DNA from: Dehalococcoidia bacterium
GTDB lineage: Bacteria > Chloroflexota > Dehalococcoidia > Lucifugimonadales > CATOSD01
Reading direction: 5' to 3'
DNA length: 64,000 nucleotides
NCBI GenBank assembly: GCA_965203135.1
Contig: CBDBBO010000001.1
Span: 1,678,071 to 1,742,070, forward strand
Part shown: one piece after another, positions 44,591-54,558 of the stretch
Numbering within the stretch: position 1 is the first letter of the stretch
How the letters are laid out: every line of letters starts with the position of its first letter
The notes under the pieces: model-generated
What the model saw: the letters and a program-made list of their open reading frames with translations, nothing else
The model's database searches: none
Told to the model about the DNA's origin: nothing
Program-made: the position numbers and the translations under genes

Positions 44591-46978
44591 ATGGCAACAC
44601 AGGTGACTCAGGAGGCTCCAGCCGACATTATCGAGCGCGACCGCGCGCTCACCGAGATACAGGACAAGGTGTTGTGGCTGGCCATGCAGATGGTCTACCA
44701 CGCCAACGAGGTGCGACCAAGCCCGGACGAGGGCAAGGTGGGCGGCCACCAGGCGTCCAGTTCGTCCATCGTGACGCTGATGACCTCGCTCTTCTTCGAC
44801 TTTATGAGCGCGGGCGACAGGATTTCGGTAAAGCCCCACGCCTCGCCGGTGTTTCACGCGATCCAGTACCTGCTGGGCAACCTGGACCGCGAGCACCTGA
44901 CGCAACTGCGGGCCTTCCACGGCCTGCAGGCGTACCCCAGCCGCACCAAGGACCCGGACCCGGTCGACTTTTCCACCGGCTCGGTGGGTCTTGGGGCCGT
45001 CGCCCCCAACTTCGCCGCGCTGACGCACGAGTACGCCCAGACGCGGATGCACGTGGTGGATCTGCACAAGGTGCGCTACATCAGCGTGGTGGGCGACGCG
45101 GAGCTGGACGAGGGATCGGTGTGGGAGGCGATCGCCGAGCCGGCGATGCACGATCTGTCCCACGTGCTGTGGGTGGTGGACCTGAACCGGCAGAGCCTGG
45201 ACAGGGTCATCCCCGGCATACGCGTGCGCGCCTGGCGGGATATGTTTGCCGCCAACGGCTGGAACGTGGTGGACGCCAAGTACGGCAGCCGGCTGGAATC
45301 GGCGTACCAGGAGCCGAACGGCGAGCTGCTGCGCGTGTGCATAGACGAGATGCCCAACGAGCTTTACCAGCGGCTGCTGCGCCTGTCGCCGAGGGCGCTG
45401 CGGGAATGGCTTCCCCAGTCGAGCCGCTACCCCAAGGACATGAGCCGGTTCCTGGGTCGCTGGAGCGACCGCGAGCTGCGCGAGCTGTTCCACAACCTGG
45501 GAGGCCACGACTTTTCCACGCTGCGCGAGGCGTTCTCCAAGGCGGATGTCGATAGCGGACCCAACGTCGTATTCGCCTATACGCTCAAGGGCTGGAGGCT
45601 CCCCTCGGTGGGCGATCCGCAGAACCACACGGTCACACTGTCGAACCTGCAAATGGAACAGCTACGCCAGGAGCTGGGCATCGGCGAGGCGGAGATATGG
45701 GACGGGCTGGAGCCGAACAGCCCGGGCGGCAGGCTGTGCGCCGAAACGAGGATCCGCCTCGAGCCGCCGAAGCGCCGCCGCGCGACCACGGCGCCCTCGC
45801 CCATTCCACCCGACTTCGAGCGGCCCCACCGCGGCAACATCTCCACGCAGCAGATATTCGGGTTGATTCTTACGGACATCGCCAGGAACCTGCCAGAGGT
45901 CTCGGAGCGCATCGTCACCGTAAGCCCCGACGTGGCAAGCTCGACCAACCTCGGCGGTTGGATCAACAAGGCCGGCGTGTGGGCGCGCGGTGATTCCGGA
46001 CCGCTGCCGGAGGAGGGCATTCTGCGGGCGCTCAAGTGGGAGGAGTTGCCACACGGCCAGCACATAGAGCTGGGCATATCCGAAAACAACCTGTTCATGA
46101 TGCTGGGTCAGTTGGGACTCGCCTACGAGATGGACGGCGAGATGCTGTACCCGATAGGCACGCTCTACGACCCGTTCGTGAGGCGGGGTCTCGACGCGTT
46201 CGTGTACAGCGTCTACTCCGGCGCAAAGTTCATCGCCGTTGGCACTCCCTCCGGAATAACTCTCGCTCCGGAGGGCGGCGCGCACCAGTCGCTGATAACG
46301 CCGTCGATAGGCGTGGAGATGCCGGAGGTCGCCTTCTACGAGCCTTGCTTCGGCCAGGAGCTGGAGTGGATTATGCTCGACGCGCTAGAGAACGTGCGCA
46401 CGCGCCGGAACTCCACCTACCTCCGGCTAACGAGCAAGCGGGTCGACCAGAGCCTGTTCACCGTGCCCGCAGAACACACGCCCGCGCGCGAGCGGCTGCG
46501 CAAGCAAGTTCTCGGCGGCGCGCACCGGCTGCTGGACAGGAGCGGCGCGCCAGATTACCGGCCGGACGAGAACGTCGTACACCTGGTGGCCTGCGGCGCG
46601 ATGGTGCCGGAGGCTGTGAAGGCGAGCGAGCTCCTGCTGGAAGAGGGTGTGTACGCGAACGTCGTAAGCGTGACAGGTCCCGGGCCGCTGTACCGGCGCT
46701 ACCAGGAGGCCGTGCGAGCGGAGATGCAGTCCGGCCCCGACAGGTCGACGTTCATGGCCGACGTGGTGCCGCTGGCGGAGCGCGCAGCGCCCCTGGTCAC
46801 GGTTGTGGACGCTCACCCCCACTCGCTGGCGTGGCTCGGCGGTGCGATCAACACGAGGTCGCTGCCGCTGGGAGTCAGCGGCTTCGGGCAGTCGGGCAGC
46901 CGCGCCGAGTTGTACAAAGAGTACGAGATCGATGTAGACAGCATCATGTCGGCGGCTTACACTTGCCTGGGCGTGTAG
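44591..46978 (+). CDS. Transketolase-superfamily ThDP enzyme, homodimeric pyruvate dehydrogenase E1 (AceE)-like
   Basis: 'GGHQASSSSIVTLMTSLFF', 'ISVVGDAELDEGSVWEA' (the GDG-like ThDP motif) and the C-terminal 'GVSGFGQSGSRAELYKEY' are present. At 795 aa it is shorter than E. coli AceE. Confidence 0.78.
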   Translation: MATQVTQEAPADIIERDRALTEIQDKVLWLAMQMVYHANEVRPSPDEGKVGGHQASSSSIVTLMTSLFFDFMSAGDRISVKPHASPVFHAIQYLLGNLDREHLTQLRAFHGLQAYPSRTKDPDPVDFSTGSVGLGAVAPNFAALTHEYAQTRMHVVDLHKVRYISVVGDAELDEGSVWEAIAEPAMHDLSHVLWVVDLNRQSLDRVIPGIRVRAWRDMFAANGWNVVDAKYGSRLESAYQEPNGELLRVCIDEMPNELYQRLLRLSPRALREWLPQSSRYPKDMSRFLGRWSDRELRELFHNLGGHDFSTLREAFSKADVDSGPNVVFAYTLKGWRLPSVGDPQNHTVTLSNLQMEQLRQELGIGEAEIWDGLEPNSPGGRLCAETRIRLEPPKRRRATTAPSPIPPDFERPHRGNISTQQIFGLILTDIARNLPEVSERIVTVSPDVASSTNLGGWINKAGVWARGDSGPLPEEGILRALKWEELPHGQHIELGISENNLFMMLGQLGLAYEMDGEMLYPIGTLYDPFVRRGLDAFVYSVYSGAKFIAVGTPSGITLAPEGGAHQSLITPSIGVEMPEVAFYEPCFGQELEWIMLDALENVRTRRNSTYLRLTSKRVDQSLFTVPAEHTPARERLRKQVLGGAHRLLDRSGAPDYRPDENVVHLVACGAMVPEAVKASELLLEEGVYANVVSVTGPGPLYRRYQEAVRAEMQSGPDRSTFMADVVPLAERAAPLVTVVDAHPHSLAWLGGAINTRSLPLGVSGFGQSGSRAELYKEYEIDVDSIMSAAYTCLGV

Positions 46979-47000
46979 CGCAGCGCCGCAGCTCACATCA

Positions 47001-47813
47001 ATGCACGGAGGAACACAGACGCCAATGGTAGACAACAAGACCGCGCCCGCCGGGCGCAAGCAATCTGTCGCAGCCGTCAGCCGGCTCGCGCGCACTGCGG
47101 CCTGGGCCGCTGGTCTGCTGCTCGCGCTGGTCGCGGCCGTCGCCTGCTCGGCTGAGGCCGAGCCAACGCCCACGTCGCAACCGCCGCCAGCGCCCGCCGC
47201 GGCCACGGCGCCACCACCACAGCCAACGGAGGCCTCGATGACCCAAAAGCAGTACGACTCCCCGCCCGCCATGGCGATAGACACGTCCAAGAGCTACACC
47301 GCCACCATCGAGTTGGAGAAGGGCGGCGAAATAGTAATCGAACTCTACGCCGACAAGGCGCCCATGACGGTCAACAACTTCGTGTTCCTGGCGCGCGAGG
47401 GCTACTACGACGGCGTGACGTTCCACCGCGTCATTCCCGGCTTTATGGCCCAGACGGGCGACCCGACGGGGACCGGTATGGGCGGCCCGGGCTACCGTTT
47501 CGACGACGAGTTTCACCCCGATCTGCGCCACGACTCGCCGGGCATCGTGTCCATGGCCAACGCCGGCATACAAAGCGGGCGCGGCACCAACGGCAGCCAG
47601 ATATTCCTGACCTTCGTGGCGACACCTACCCTGGACGGCCTCAACCCCGACGGCTCCGAGAAAAACTGCGCGGATCGAATGGTGTCCTGCCACTCGGTGT
47701 TCGGCAAGGTGGTGGAGGGCATGGACGTGCTGCTGGGAATCTCAGAGCGCGACCCGCAGACGGCAAGGACTCCCGGCGACGCGATGAAGACCATCACCAT
47801 CAGCGAGCAGTAG
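47001..47813 (+). CDS. Cyclophilin-type peptidyl-prolyl isomerase, probable lipoprotein
   Basis: 'NNFVFLAREGYYDGVTFHRVIPGFMAQTGDPTGTGMGGPGYRFDDEF' is the cyclophilin core. The N-terminal 'LLLALVAAVAC' is lipobox-like. Confidence 0.9.
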   Translation: MHGGTQTPMVDNKTAPAGRKQSVAAVSRLARTAAWAAGLLLALVAAVACSAEAEPTPTSQPPPAPAAATAPPPQPTEASMTQKQYDSPPAMAIDTSKSYTATIELEKGGEIVIELYADKAPMTVNNFVFLAREGYYDGVTFHRVIPGFMAQTGDPTGTGMGGPGYRFDDEFHPDLRHDSPGIVSMANAGIQSGRGTNGSQIFLTFVATPTLDGLNPDGSEKNCADRMVSCHSVFGKVVEGMDVLLGISERDPQTARTPGDAMKTITISEQ

Positions 47814-47837
47814 AAGGTCTGGCCAGGGCTCAGTAGT

Positions 47838-47863
47838 CCCTTCCCCCATCGATGGGGGAAGGG
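47838..47863. terminator. Palindromic hairpin (cccttccccca-tcga-tgggggaaggg), dispersed hairpin family
   Basis: A perfect 11-bp stem lies between two convergent genes (PPIase and the small membrane ORF). Confidence 0.55.
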
Positions 47864-47884
47864 AAGGATGGAGGCGGCGTCCCG

Positions 47885-48103
47885 CTACGCGCCGCCGCGG
47901 CTTTGCCGCGCGCGCGTGGCCCAGTAGGCGATGCCTATACCCACGGGAATGGCCAGAATCACCATGCCCAGCAGCAGGGCTATCGCGGCTGGCCCCAAGC
48001 CAACCATCGCGTCTATCTGGTGGCTCATCCACTCGAACATGGACTCGAACAGGGCGGGATCGCCCGGCTCCGAGTGGTGAAGGGGGATCGACAGCGGCGG
48101 CAT
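47885..48103 (-). CDS. Hypothetical small membrane protein (72 aa)
   Basis: It has a single C-terminal TM helix ('GPAAIALLLGMVILAIPVGIGIAYW'). It starts 10 nt downstream of the MFS gene's stop. No homology was recognised. Confidence 0.4.
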   Translation of the reverse strand: MPPLSIPLHHSEPGDPALFESMFEWMSHQIDAMVGLGPAAIALLLGMVILAIPVGIGIAYWATRARQSRGGA

Positions 48104-48113
48104 GGGTCCGCCG

Positions 48114-49520
48114 TCAGCCGCCGGCCGCGGTAGGCAGAGGCTGTTGTGTGGCCGCCGTCTGGAATTTGGCCGAGTACTTCTTTTCCCGGACGCTGAACGC
48201 CGCGATGGTCGCGCCGATGAGCATGATGCCTGCTATGGCGAAGGGCACGGTGTACGAGCCGAACACGTCGTACAGCGCGCCGCCCAGGTAGATGCTCACC
48301 GCTCCGCCTATCTGGTGCGCGAACGTGGAGGTTCCGCCGAGCGTGCCCATGGTTCGGAGGCCGTAGATGTCGGCGGTGAGCGACGACGTGAGAGCTGCCG
48401 ACGCTATCCACGAGAATCCGGCGACGACGGCGAAGAACCAGATGCCCCACGCGCCGGGAAGCGTGAGAAGCGCCACGTAGGCCACGCCGCGACCCGCGTA
48501 GATGAAGGCCAGCACGTTTTTGCGGCCTACCTTGTCCGAAATCCAGCCCGCCGCGAGCACACCGGCGATGTTGAGCGCGCTCATCACGCCGAACGCCACC
48601 GCCGCGACGCGGGCGTCGACGCCCCGCTCCACCGCGAACGGTATGTAGTGCGCGGAAATGATTGCCGTGGTCATGCCACAAACGAAGTAGGCGCCGGTCA
48701 GCTGCCAGATGGGGGCCGACTTGAGCGCATCCCGCCAGTAGTCCACCTCCAGCGGACCCCTCCGCGTCCCACCACGTCCGTCCGCGCCCGCACCCTCACC
48801 AGGCGCCGGGCCGCCGTCCTGCTGCTCACCCATATCGCTGGGGTCGTTCCTTACCAGCATCCAGGCCAGGGGCAGCGCCAAGAATACGACGAACACGCCC
48901 AAAACGGTCCAGGTCGTGCGCCAACCAACGGACTCGATCATGAACGCTGCGAACGGCACAAGCAGCAGCGAACCAGCGGACGCGCCCGCCGTGCTTATGC
49001 TGATGGCGAGGCCGCGCTTGCGCGAGAACCACCTGGCGAGGACTGCGTGGATGGTCACGAGCGACGCGCCGCCGGACGCGACCGAGATTACGAACCCGTA
49101 GACGATCACCAGGAACCAGAACCGGTCCAGCACGAAGAGTCCGAACACGGAAATGTCGTTGACCAGGCTCAGCACCATGGTGCATCCGCCCACCACCAAG
49201 AGGCTGACGGAGATTACGGTGCGGCCACCGAAGCGGTCGTATATCCTGCCGATGAAGGGCTGGCTTACGCCGTTGCACAGCCAGCCGATGGCGATGGCGA
49301 GCGAAATGGTGCCCCTGTCCCACTCCAGCTCGTCGCCCATGGGGATGACGAACGTGCCGAATCCGTTGCGCGCGCCGGTGACCATGAACATGGCGAAGAA
49401 GGTCGCGGCCAGCACGAACCAGCCGTAGAAGATGCCGTTTCTGCGCACGGACTCCGCCAACACGCCCTCCGATACGCGACCAATACTCCGCCGAGAGGTG
49501 AATTCAGGCGAGTCTAACAC
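48114..49520 (-). CDS. MFS transporter (oxalate/formate antiporter-like)
   Basis: It has 12 TM-like hydrophobic segments. 'GRIYDRFGGR' and 'SDKVGRKN' are MFS loop 2-3 and 8-9 motifs. Confidence 0.85.
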   Translation of the reverse strand: MLDSPEFTSRRSIGRVSEGVLAESVRRNGIFYGWFVLAATFFAMFMVTGARNGFGTFVIPMGDELEWDRGTISLAIAIGWLCNGVSQPFIGRIYDRFGGRTVISVSLLVVGGCTMVLSLVNDISVFGLFVLDRFWFLVIVYGFVISVASGGASLVTIHAVLARWFSRKRGLAISISTAGASAGSLLLVPFAAFMIESVGWRTTWTVLGVFVVFLALPLAWMLVRNDPSDMGEQQDGGPAPGEGAGADGRGGTRRGPLEVDYWRDALKSAPIWQLTGAYFVCGMTTAIISAHYIPFAVERGVDARVAAVAFGVMSALNIAGVLAAGWISDKVGRKNVLAFIYAGRGVAYVALLTLPGAWGIWFFAVVAGFSWIASAALTSSLTADIYGLRTMGTLGGTSTFAHQIGGAVSIYLGGALYDVFGSYTVPFAIAGIMLIGATIAAFSVREKKYSAKFQTAATQQPLPTAAGG

Positions 49521-49573
49521 CGAGTGCGGCCAATGGCAACGCGATTGGCGCGCGCCAGCGCCGAACTCGGCGC

Positions 49574-50155
49574 CTATGCGCCCTGGTTAGTGAGTAGCCT
49601 GAAGATGACTATCCGCAGTGCGAATTCGCCGACGAGCCAGCCGACGGCGGCCGGGATGATCGCCTTCGCCCAGCCCTCGCCCTGGATTTCTCGCACGGCC
49701 ACGATGGCCGCCAGCAGCATCCAGCCCATGGTGACGAACAGGTATATGAACGAGACGACCTCGGGAAGGCCAAGCGAAATGGGGAGGCCGGTGAAGACCA
49801 GCATCACGCCGGGCGCGTGCGCGAGGCCGATGCCTCTTTGCAGCATCCGGCTGCTCGCCTGGGCGCCCAGCAGGACGGAGACGCCGAATGCGGTGTATGA
49901 CCAGACTATCCAGCCGATGATGGTGGTGCTGGCGGGAATGAGCACGGCCAGCCACCGCGGTCCCCCGCCGTCCACCGGCAGCGTGTTCTGCACGCCGATG
50001 CCGAAGGCCAGCGCGACGATCAGCACCACGCCCAGCGCGCGCATCATGTGCTCGGGGGCCTCGGTCAGCCCCCTGTAGACGGCGCCGTCCAGCACCGCCG
50101 CCCGTATGGCGGCAACGGCGAATCCGGGGCGATCTTCGTCCGATCGGTCTGCCAT
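49574..50155 (-). CDS. Yip1-domain membrane protein
   Basis: The N-terminal cytosolic segment followed by 5 TM helices has typical Yip1-family layout. Recognition is moderate. Confidence 0.65.
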   Translation of the reverse strand: MADRSDEDRPGFAVAAIRAAVLDGAVYRGLTEAPEHMMRALGVVLIVALAFGIGVQNTLPVDGGGPRWLAVLIPASTTIIGWIVWSYTAFGVSVLLGAQASSRMLQRGIGLAHAPGVMLVFTGLPISLGLPEVVSFIYLFVTMGWMLLAAIVAVREIQGEGWAKAIIPAAVGWLVGEFALRIVIFRLLTNQGA

Positions 50156-50217
50156 CAGCGGCTAATCCAGGTCAGATCTGAGCAAAGGTCGTGTAGAGTG
50201 CGCGCATAGAGCTTTGT

Positions 50218-50448
50218 TCACGGAAATTTGTCCAGATCCTGCCCGGACCGATACATGAAGTATGACCCCAACAGAGTGAATGTGCCCCCGACGGCAATGA
50301 ACCAGGCGCTGCCGGTCACGAAGGACGCGAACCACCCATCGAAATCCCAATACGGCGAACGTAAAGCGATGTACCAGCAGCTCGCTCCAACGACGAGCCG
50401 CCGAATCCTCATTCCTCTGAACGTCGGGTTACTCCAGACAACCGCCAT
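50218..50448 (-). CDS. Hypothetical small membrane protein (start uncertain)
   Basis: This is the 3' part of track ORF 50218..50700 with plausible composition ('WFASFVTGSAWFIAVGGTFTLLGSYF'). It lies in an AT-richer patch. Confidence 0.3.
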   Translation of the reverse strand: MAVVWSNPTFRGMRIRRLVVGASCWYIALRSPYWDFDGWFASFVTGSAWFIAVGGTFTLLGSYFMYRSGQDLDKFP

Positions 50449-50509
50449 GAGGATGAGGTGTCCAAGGCCGGACAGTATCAGCCAGACGTCAGTACGGTGT
50501 TGGCGTCCA

Positions 50510-50935
50510 CTACCGTTGGGGCTCGTTTGCGCTGGGCGGCGGCTCGTTGAATTCTCGCCCTTCGCTTTCGGCTCTCTCCTTGCGTTGCAGCCAGGCCTCC
50601 CACAGCCTTTGATTCTCTTCTTTGCCCTCTTCCCTGCCCTCTTCTCTGCCCCTCTCCATTGCTCTCTCCAGCATCTTCCTGGCAAGTACCACGACCGCAA
50701 TTCCTCCTTCCACTATTGCGACGGTAATCGCCGCGCTCGCCACCCCAACATAGCTCGTGCCGACAATGGTAGCGTACACGCTGTCGGCGACGTCATCATC
50801 CACTCGTACCGCGCTCTGATACCATATCACGAACACCGTTCCCGCAATCATCAGAGTCAGATATATTGCGCCGTATACCGACTCCAATTGGGGGAACATC
50901 GACTCGGCCACACGGCTGCGAAGCCTGGTGTTCAC
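50510..50935 (-). CDS. Hypothetical membrane protein with a charged C-terminal tail
   Basis: It has two or three TM helices followed by 'ERGREEGREEGKEENQRLWEAWLQRKERAESEGREFNEPPP'. It lies in an AT-richer patch immediately downstream of leuC. Confidence 0.5.
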   Translation of the reverse strand: MNTRLRSRVAESMFPQLESVYGAIYLTLMIAGTVFVIWYQSAVRVDDDVADSVYATIVGTSYVGVASAAITVAIVEGGIAVVVLARKMLERAMERGREEGREEGKEENQRLWEAWLQRKERAESEGREFNEPPPSANEPQR

Positions 50936-50963
50936 TTGTGGTTCCCCCGATCTCCAGGAGAAT

Positions 50964-52364
50964 CTACCACTCCCGTACGTCGACGAAGTGGCCCGCGATC
51001 GCCGCGGCGGCCGCCATCGCGGGGCTGACCAGGTGCGTGCGTCCGCCCTTGCCCTGCCGGCCCTCGAAGTTGCGGTTGGACGTGGACGCGCAGCGCTCGC
51101 CCGGCTGGAGTATGTCGGGGTTCATGCCCAGGCACATCGAGCAGCCCGCGACGCGCCAGTCGAAGCCGGCGTCCGTGAAGATGGCGTCCAAGCCCTCGTC
51201 TTCGGCCTGCTTCTTTATCGCCGCCGATCCCGGCACCACCATCGCGTACACGCTGTCGCTCACCTTGCGGCCCTTCGCGATCTCGGCCGCGACGCGCAGG
51301 TCCTCGATGCGGGAGTTGGTGCACGAGCCTATGAACACGCGGTCCAGCGAGATGTTCTGTATGGGCGTGTCCGGCTCGAGGTCCATGTACTCCAGCGCGC
51401 GCGCCGCCGACCTCTGCTCCGCCTCGTCGTCGAACGAGTTGGGGTCGGGCACGCGGCCGGAAACCGGCGCTACCATGCCGGGGTTGGTGCCCCAGCTCAC
51501 GTGCGGCTCGAGCGTAGCGCCGTCGATTTCCACGACCTTGTCGTAGACGGCGCCCTCGTCGGTGGCGAGGTTGCGCCACTGCTCGACGGCGGCCTCGAAG
51601 TCATCGCCCTGCGGCGCCTGCGGCCTTCCGCGCACGTACTCGAACGTGGTGTCGTCGGGCGCGACCATGCCGGCGCGTCCGCCGCCCTCGATTGACATGT
51701 TGCAGACGGTCATCCGGCCCTCCATCGACAGCGAGCGTATCGCCTCGCCGGTGTACTCGATGACGTGGCCGGTCGCGCCCGCGACGCCGATTTCGCCGAT
51801 GATGCCCAGTATCACGTCCTTGGCGGTGACGCCGGTCTGGAGCGCGCCGTCGACGCGCACCTCCATGGTCTTGGGCTTGAACTGCCGCAGCGTCTGCGTG
51901 GCCAGCACGTGCTCCACCTCGCTCGTGCCGATGCCGATGGCGAACGCGCCGAACGCGCCGTGCGTGGAGGTGTGGCTGTCGCCGCACACGATCACCTTGC
52001 CCGGCTGGGTGTAGCCCTGCTCCGGCCCGATTACGTGGACTATGCCCTGCAGCGGGCTGAACCTGTCGTAGAGCGTTACGCCGAACTCCTCGCAGTTCTT
52101 CGACAGCGCGTCGAGCTGCTGCTTGGCTATGGGGTCGGTGATGGGCAGCGCCAGGTCCCAGGTGGGCGTGTTGTGGTCGGCGGTGGCTACGGTCAGGTCG
52201 GTGCGGCGTACACCGCGGCCCGCCATGCGGAGGCCGTCGAACGCCTGGGGCGACGTGACCTCGTGCACCAGGTGCAGGTCCACGTACAGGATTGTGGGCT
52301 GTCCGGGCTCGTCGTGGACGACGTGGCTGTCCCAGATCTTCTCGAACATAGTCTTCGGGGCCAT
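50964..52364 (-). CDS. leuC: 3-isopropylmalate dehydratase large subunit
   Basis: '[11 protein letters not shown]...[17 protein letters not shown]', '[15 protein letters not shown]' and '[11 protein letters not shown]' are the aconitase-family Fe-S ligand motifs. Confidence 0.95.
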   Translation of the reverse strand: MAPKTMFEKIWDSHVVHDEPGQPTILYVDLHLVHEVTSPQAFDGLRMAGRGVRRTDLTVATADHNTPTWDLALPITDPIAKQQLDALSKNCEEFGVTLYDRFSPLQGIVHVIGPEQGYTQPGKVIVCGDSHTSTHGAFGAFAIGIGTSEVEHVLATQTLRQFKPKTMEVRVDGALQTGVTAKDVILGIIGEIGVAGATGHVIEYTGEAIRSLSMEGRMTVCNMSIEGGGRAGMVAPDDTTFEYVRGRPQAPQGDDFEAAVEQWRNLATDEGAVYDKVVEIDGATLEPHVSWGTNPGMVAPVSGRVPDPNSFDDEAEQRSAARALEYMDLEPDTPIQNISLDRVFIGSCTNSRIEDLRVAAEIAKGRKVSDSVYAMVVPGSAAIKKQAEDEGLDAIFTDAGFDWRVAGCSMCLGMNPDILQPGERCASTSNRNFEGRQGKGGRTHLVSPAMAAAAAIAGHFVDVREW

Positions 52365-52398
52365 CTCTTCTCCTTTGGCTTTGAGAGTGATTGGGCGG

Positions 52399-53301
52399 TC
52401 AGCGTATCTCTATGCTGGACGCGCCCGCGTCGATTTCCAGGTCTACTCGGTTGGCGGACGTTTCGAAGTCGCGGGACTGGTACACGTCGCCCGTCCTGGG
52501 AAAGCGCGCCTCGTCGATGTCCAGGTCGGATAGACCCACGTCGGCATCGATTCTGGCGCCGACGTGGTCGGGGATGATGACGACGATGCTGGCGGCTCCC
52601 ACGTCTATGTTTATGTTCACGTGCCCGGCGTCCACCGGCGCCAGGATCTCGATGTCCGCCGCGCCGCCGTCGACCGAGACGACGCTGACGTTCATGTCAC
52701 GGAGGTCCAGATACAGGTCGGACGCGCCCGCGTCCACGTCGATGGATGCCCTGGGCAGCGTCGACAGCCTTACGTCCCAGCGGCGATCGCCGTCGCCGAA
52801 GAAGTCGAGGCTGAATCCATCCGTCGAGAGGCCGATCTCCGCGTGGCCTCCGGAGCGTGTGATGGAAGTCTGCCCCTCCGAAACGCCAAAGCTCCTCAGT
52901 TCTCCCTCGACGAGGCTGGTCGAGCCCGCGGGCAGCGAGCCGACCCAGAGAGTGCCTACGCCGATGTCTATGTCTACGTTGGCGGTCTCCGCGTCCAACA
53001 GCGGTTCGTCAAGCGAATGGACGGACTCGACGCCGAAATCGGACTGGAAGTAGAAGGCGAACAGCACCAGGGCCAGCACTGCTATCGCAATCGCTGTAAG
53101 CGCGCCTGAAAGCCATGTCATGCGGCCGCCGAAGGCAATGTTGATGCCCAGTACGATGATGAGTGCCGGCCACCACCGCCAGATATCGCCCCAGAGGTGC
53201 CAGGGAAGGACGCCGGTCGTCTGGAGCAGCAGCACGACTCCCAGCGCGATGAGGAGGACAGCGAACAGCGGAAAGCCCCGCCTCCGCGCCTCGCTAGCCA
53301 T
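52399..53301 (-). CDS. Membrane protein with a LiaI/LiaF-like TM region and a DUF4097 ('toastrack')-like beta-repeat domain
   Basis: The N-terminal TM pair is '[18 protein letters not shown]...[11 protein letters not shown]'. The C-terminal repetitive '[14 protein letters not shown]...[10 protein letters not shown]...[10 protein letters not shown]' pattern is typical of toastrack domains. Confidence 0.68.
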   Translation of the reverse strand: MASEARRRGFPLFAVLLIALGVVLLLQTTGVLPWHLWGDIWRWWPALIIVLGINIAFGGRMTWLSGALTAIAIAVLALVLFAFYFQSDFGVESVHSLDEPLLDAETANVDIDIGVGTLWVGSLPAGSTSLVEGELRSFGVSEGQTSITRSGGHAEIGLSTDGFSLDFFGDGDRRWDVRLSTLPRASIDVDAGASDLYLDLRDMNVSVVSVDGGAADIEILAPVDAGHVNINIDVGAASIVVIIPDHVGARIDADVGLSDLDIDEARFPRTGDVYQSRDFETSANRVDLEIDAGASSIEIR

Positions 53302-53752
53302 CGTCCCTTCCGGCCATGCGACTGGCGAGGATGGCGACCCCGACCGCGATGATGACCACGGGCCAGAAGATGTCCCACCGCCACCAGAACAGCGCTCCCA
53401 GGCTGTTCAGAAGGAACAGAACGCCCATGGCTATGAGGACGCCTCCTAAGAGGGTGCGGCCCCGGCCCCACCGTGATCTTGCAGGCGTCGCGTCATACTC
53501 CGGGTCGCTCGATTCGGCGCTCACCTCGGCGTTGGGGGTGGGTGCGTGCTGGGGCAAAGCGTGCTTTGGCATGATGATCGCGAGAATCAGGTAGGCGATC
53601 AGGGCGATTCCCGCAGACGCGAATGTCAGCACCACCCAGGCTATCCGGACCAGCGTAGGGTCGACGTCGAAGTACTCGGCCATTCCGCCGGCGACGCCGA
53701 ACAGCATGGATTCGTTTGTGCTTCTGTGGAGCCTCTTGGGTTCGACGTTCAT
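53294..53752 (-). CDS. PspC domain-containing protein
   Basis: 'RLHRSTNESMLFGVAGGMAEYFDVDPTLVRIAWVVL' is the canonical PspC domain. There is an 8-nt overlap with the downstream gene. Confidence 0.85.
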   Translation of the reverse strand: MNVEPKRLHRSTNESMLFGVAGGMAEYFDVDPTLVRIAWVVLTFASAGIALIAYLILAIIMPKHALPQHAPTPNAEVSAESSDPEYDATPARSRWGRGRTLLGGVLIAMGVLFLLNSLGALFWWRWDIFWPVVIIAVGVAILASRMAGRDDG

Positions 53753-53769
53753 GGCGACACCCCCAGCGG

Positions 53770-54474
53770 TCAGTCGTCTATCTTCAGGCTGCCCATCACC
53801 ACCTGGCCAGTTATGATCAGGTCGGGCGCGCCGTCTTTGCTCTCCTGGTTGGAACGTTCGTCCTTTGCCTCGCCCATCACGGTCGTGTTCTCCAGCCGCA
53901 CGCTCCAGTCCCGGGGTACTCTGAGTCTGGCTTCACCCATCACTACGGTCACCTCCAGTGTGGCAGGCCGTTCCTCGACCGCCGAGTCCCGAAGGTCCAC
54001 GTGCGACGAGCCCATGACCGTCGTGGCCTGGCCGCCCCTGAAGTCGCCCGAGATTACGTTCTCCCTGTTGGAACTGAAGATGTTGAAGGCGTCGACTTGG
54101 CCGCCCTCCGCCGTGAACCGGCTTGTCTCGGGCGATCCGACCGTCTCGGGCTGCGGACGCCTCCCGGGGCCACGGCCCAGAATTATGGCGACGCCTGCCG
54201 CGATGAGCACGACCGGCCAGAAGATGGCTCCGTCCACACCAAGCCAACTCAGCTGGACGATCAGGGCTATGGTGATTATCAGCACGGGCCAGAACACGCG
54301 CCGGAAGCCGTTGGCAACGAGCCGCCACAGGCCGAACAGGATGAAAAGCGAAGGAGCCCATCGCACAACGTTGTCGAAAGCGGTGACTCCGGTGTTCTGC
54401 AGAAGGAGCAGCACGCCCACGGCTACTATCAGCAGCCCTATGACTATCCGGCTGGAATTCCTGCTTCCGTTCAT
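53770..54474 (-). CDS. LiaF-like cell-envelope stress protein (DUF2154-type C-terminus)
   Basis: An N-terminal LiaI/LiaF TM region is followed by C-terminal 'TTVMGSSHVDLRD...LEVTVVMGEARLRVP...ENTTVMGE' repeats, as in LiaF. Confidence 0.72.
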   Translation of the reverse strand: MNGSRNSSRIVIGLLIVAVGVLLLLQNTGVTAFDNVVRWAPSLFILFGLWRLVANGFRRVFWPVLIITIALIVQLSWLGVDGAIFWPVVLIAAGVAIILGRGPGRRPQPETVGSPETSRFTAEGGQVDAFNIFSSNRENVISGDFRGGQATTVMGSSHVDLRDSAVEERPATLEVTVVMGEARLRVPRDWSVRLENTTVMGEAKDERSNQESKDGAPDLIITGQVVMGSLKIDD

Positions 54475-54558
54475 GTGGACATCGACCTTTGAGTTGCGCG
54501 GTCGCGCCTGTAAGACGGCGGAGCGCGCATAAGGCGCCCCGCCGTCCGGTAATCCGGC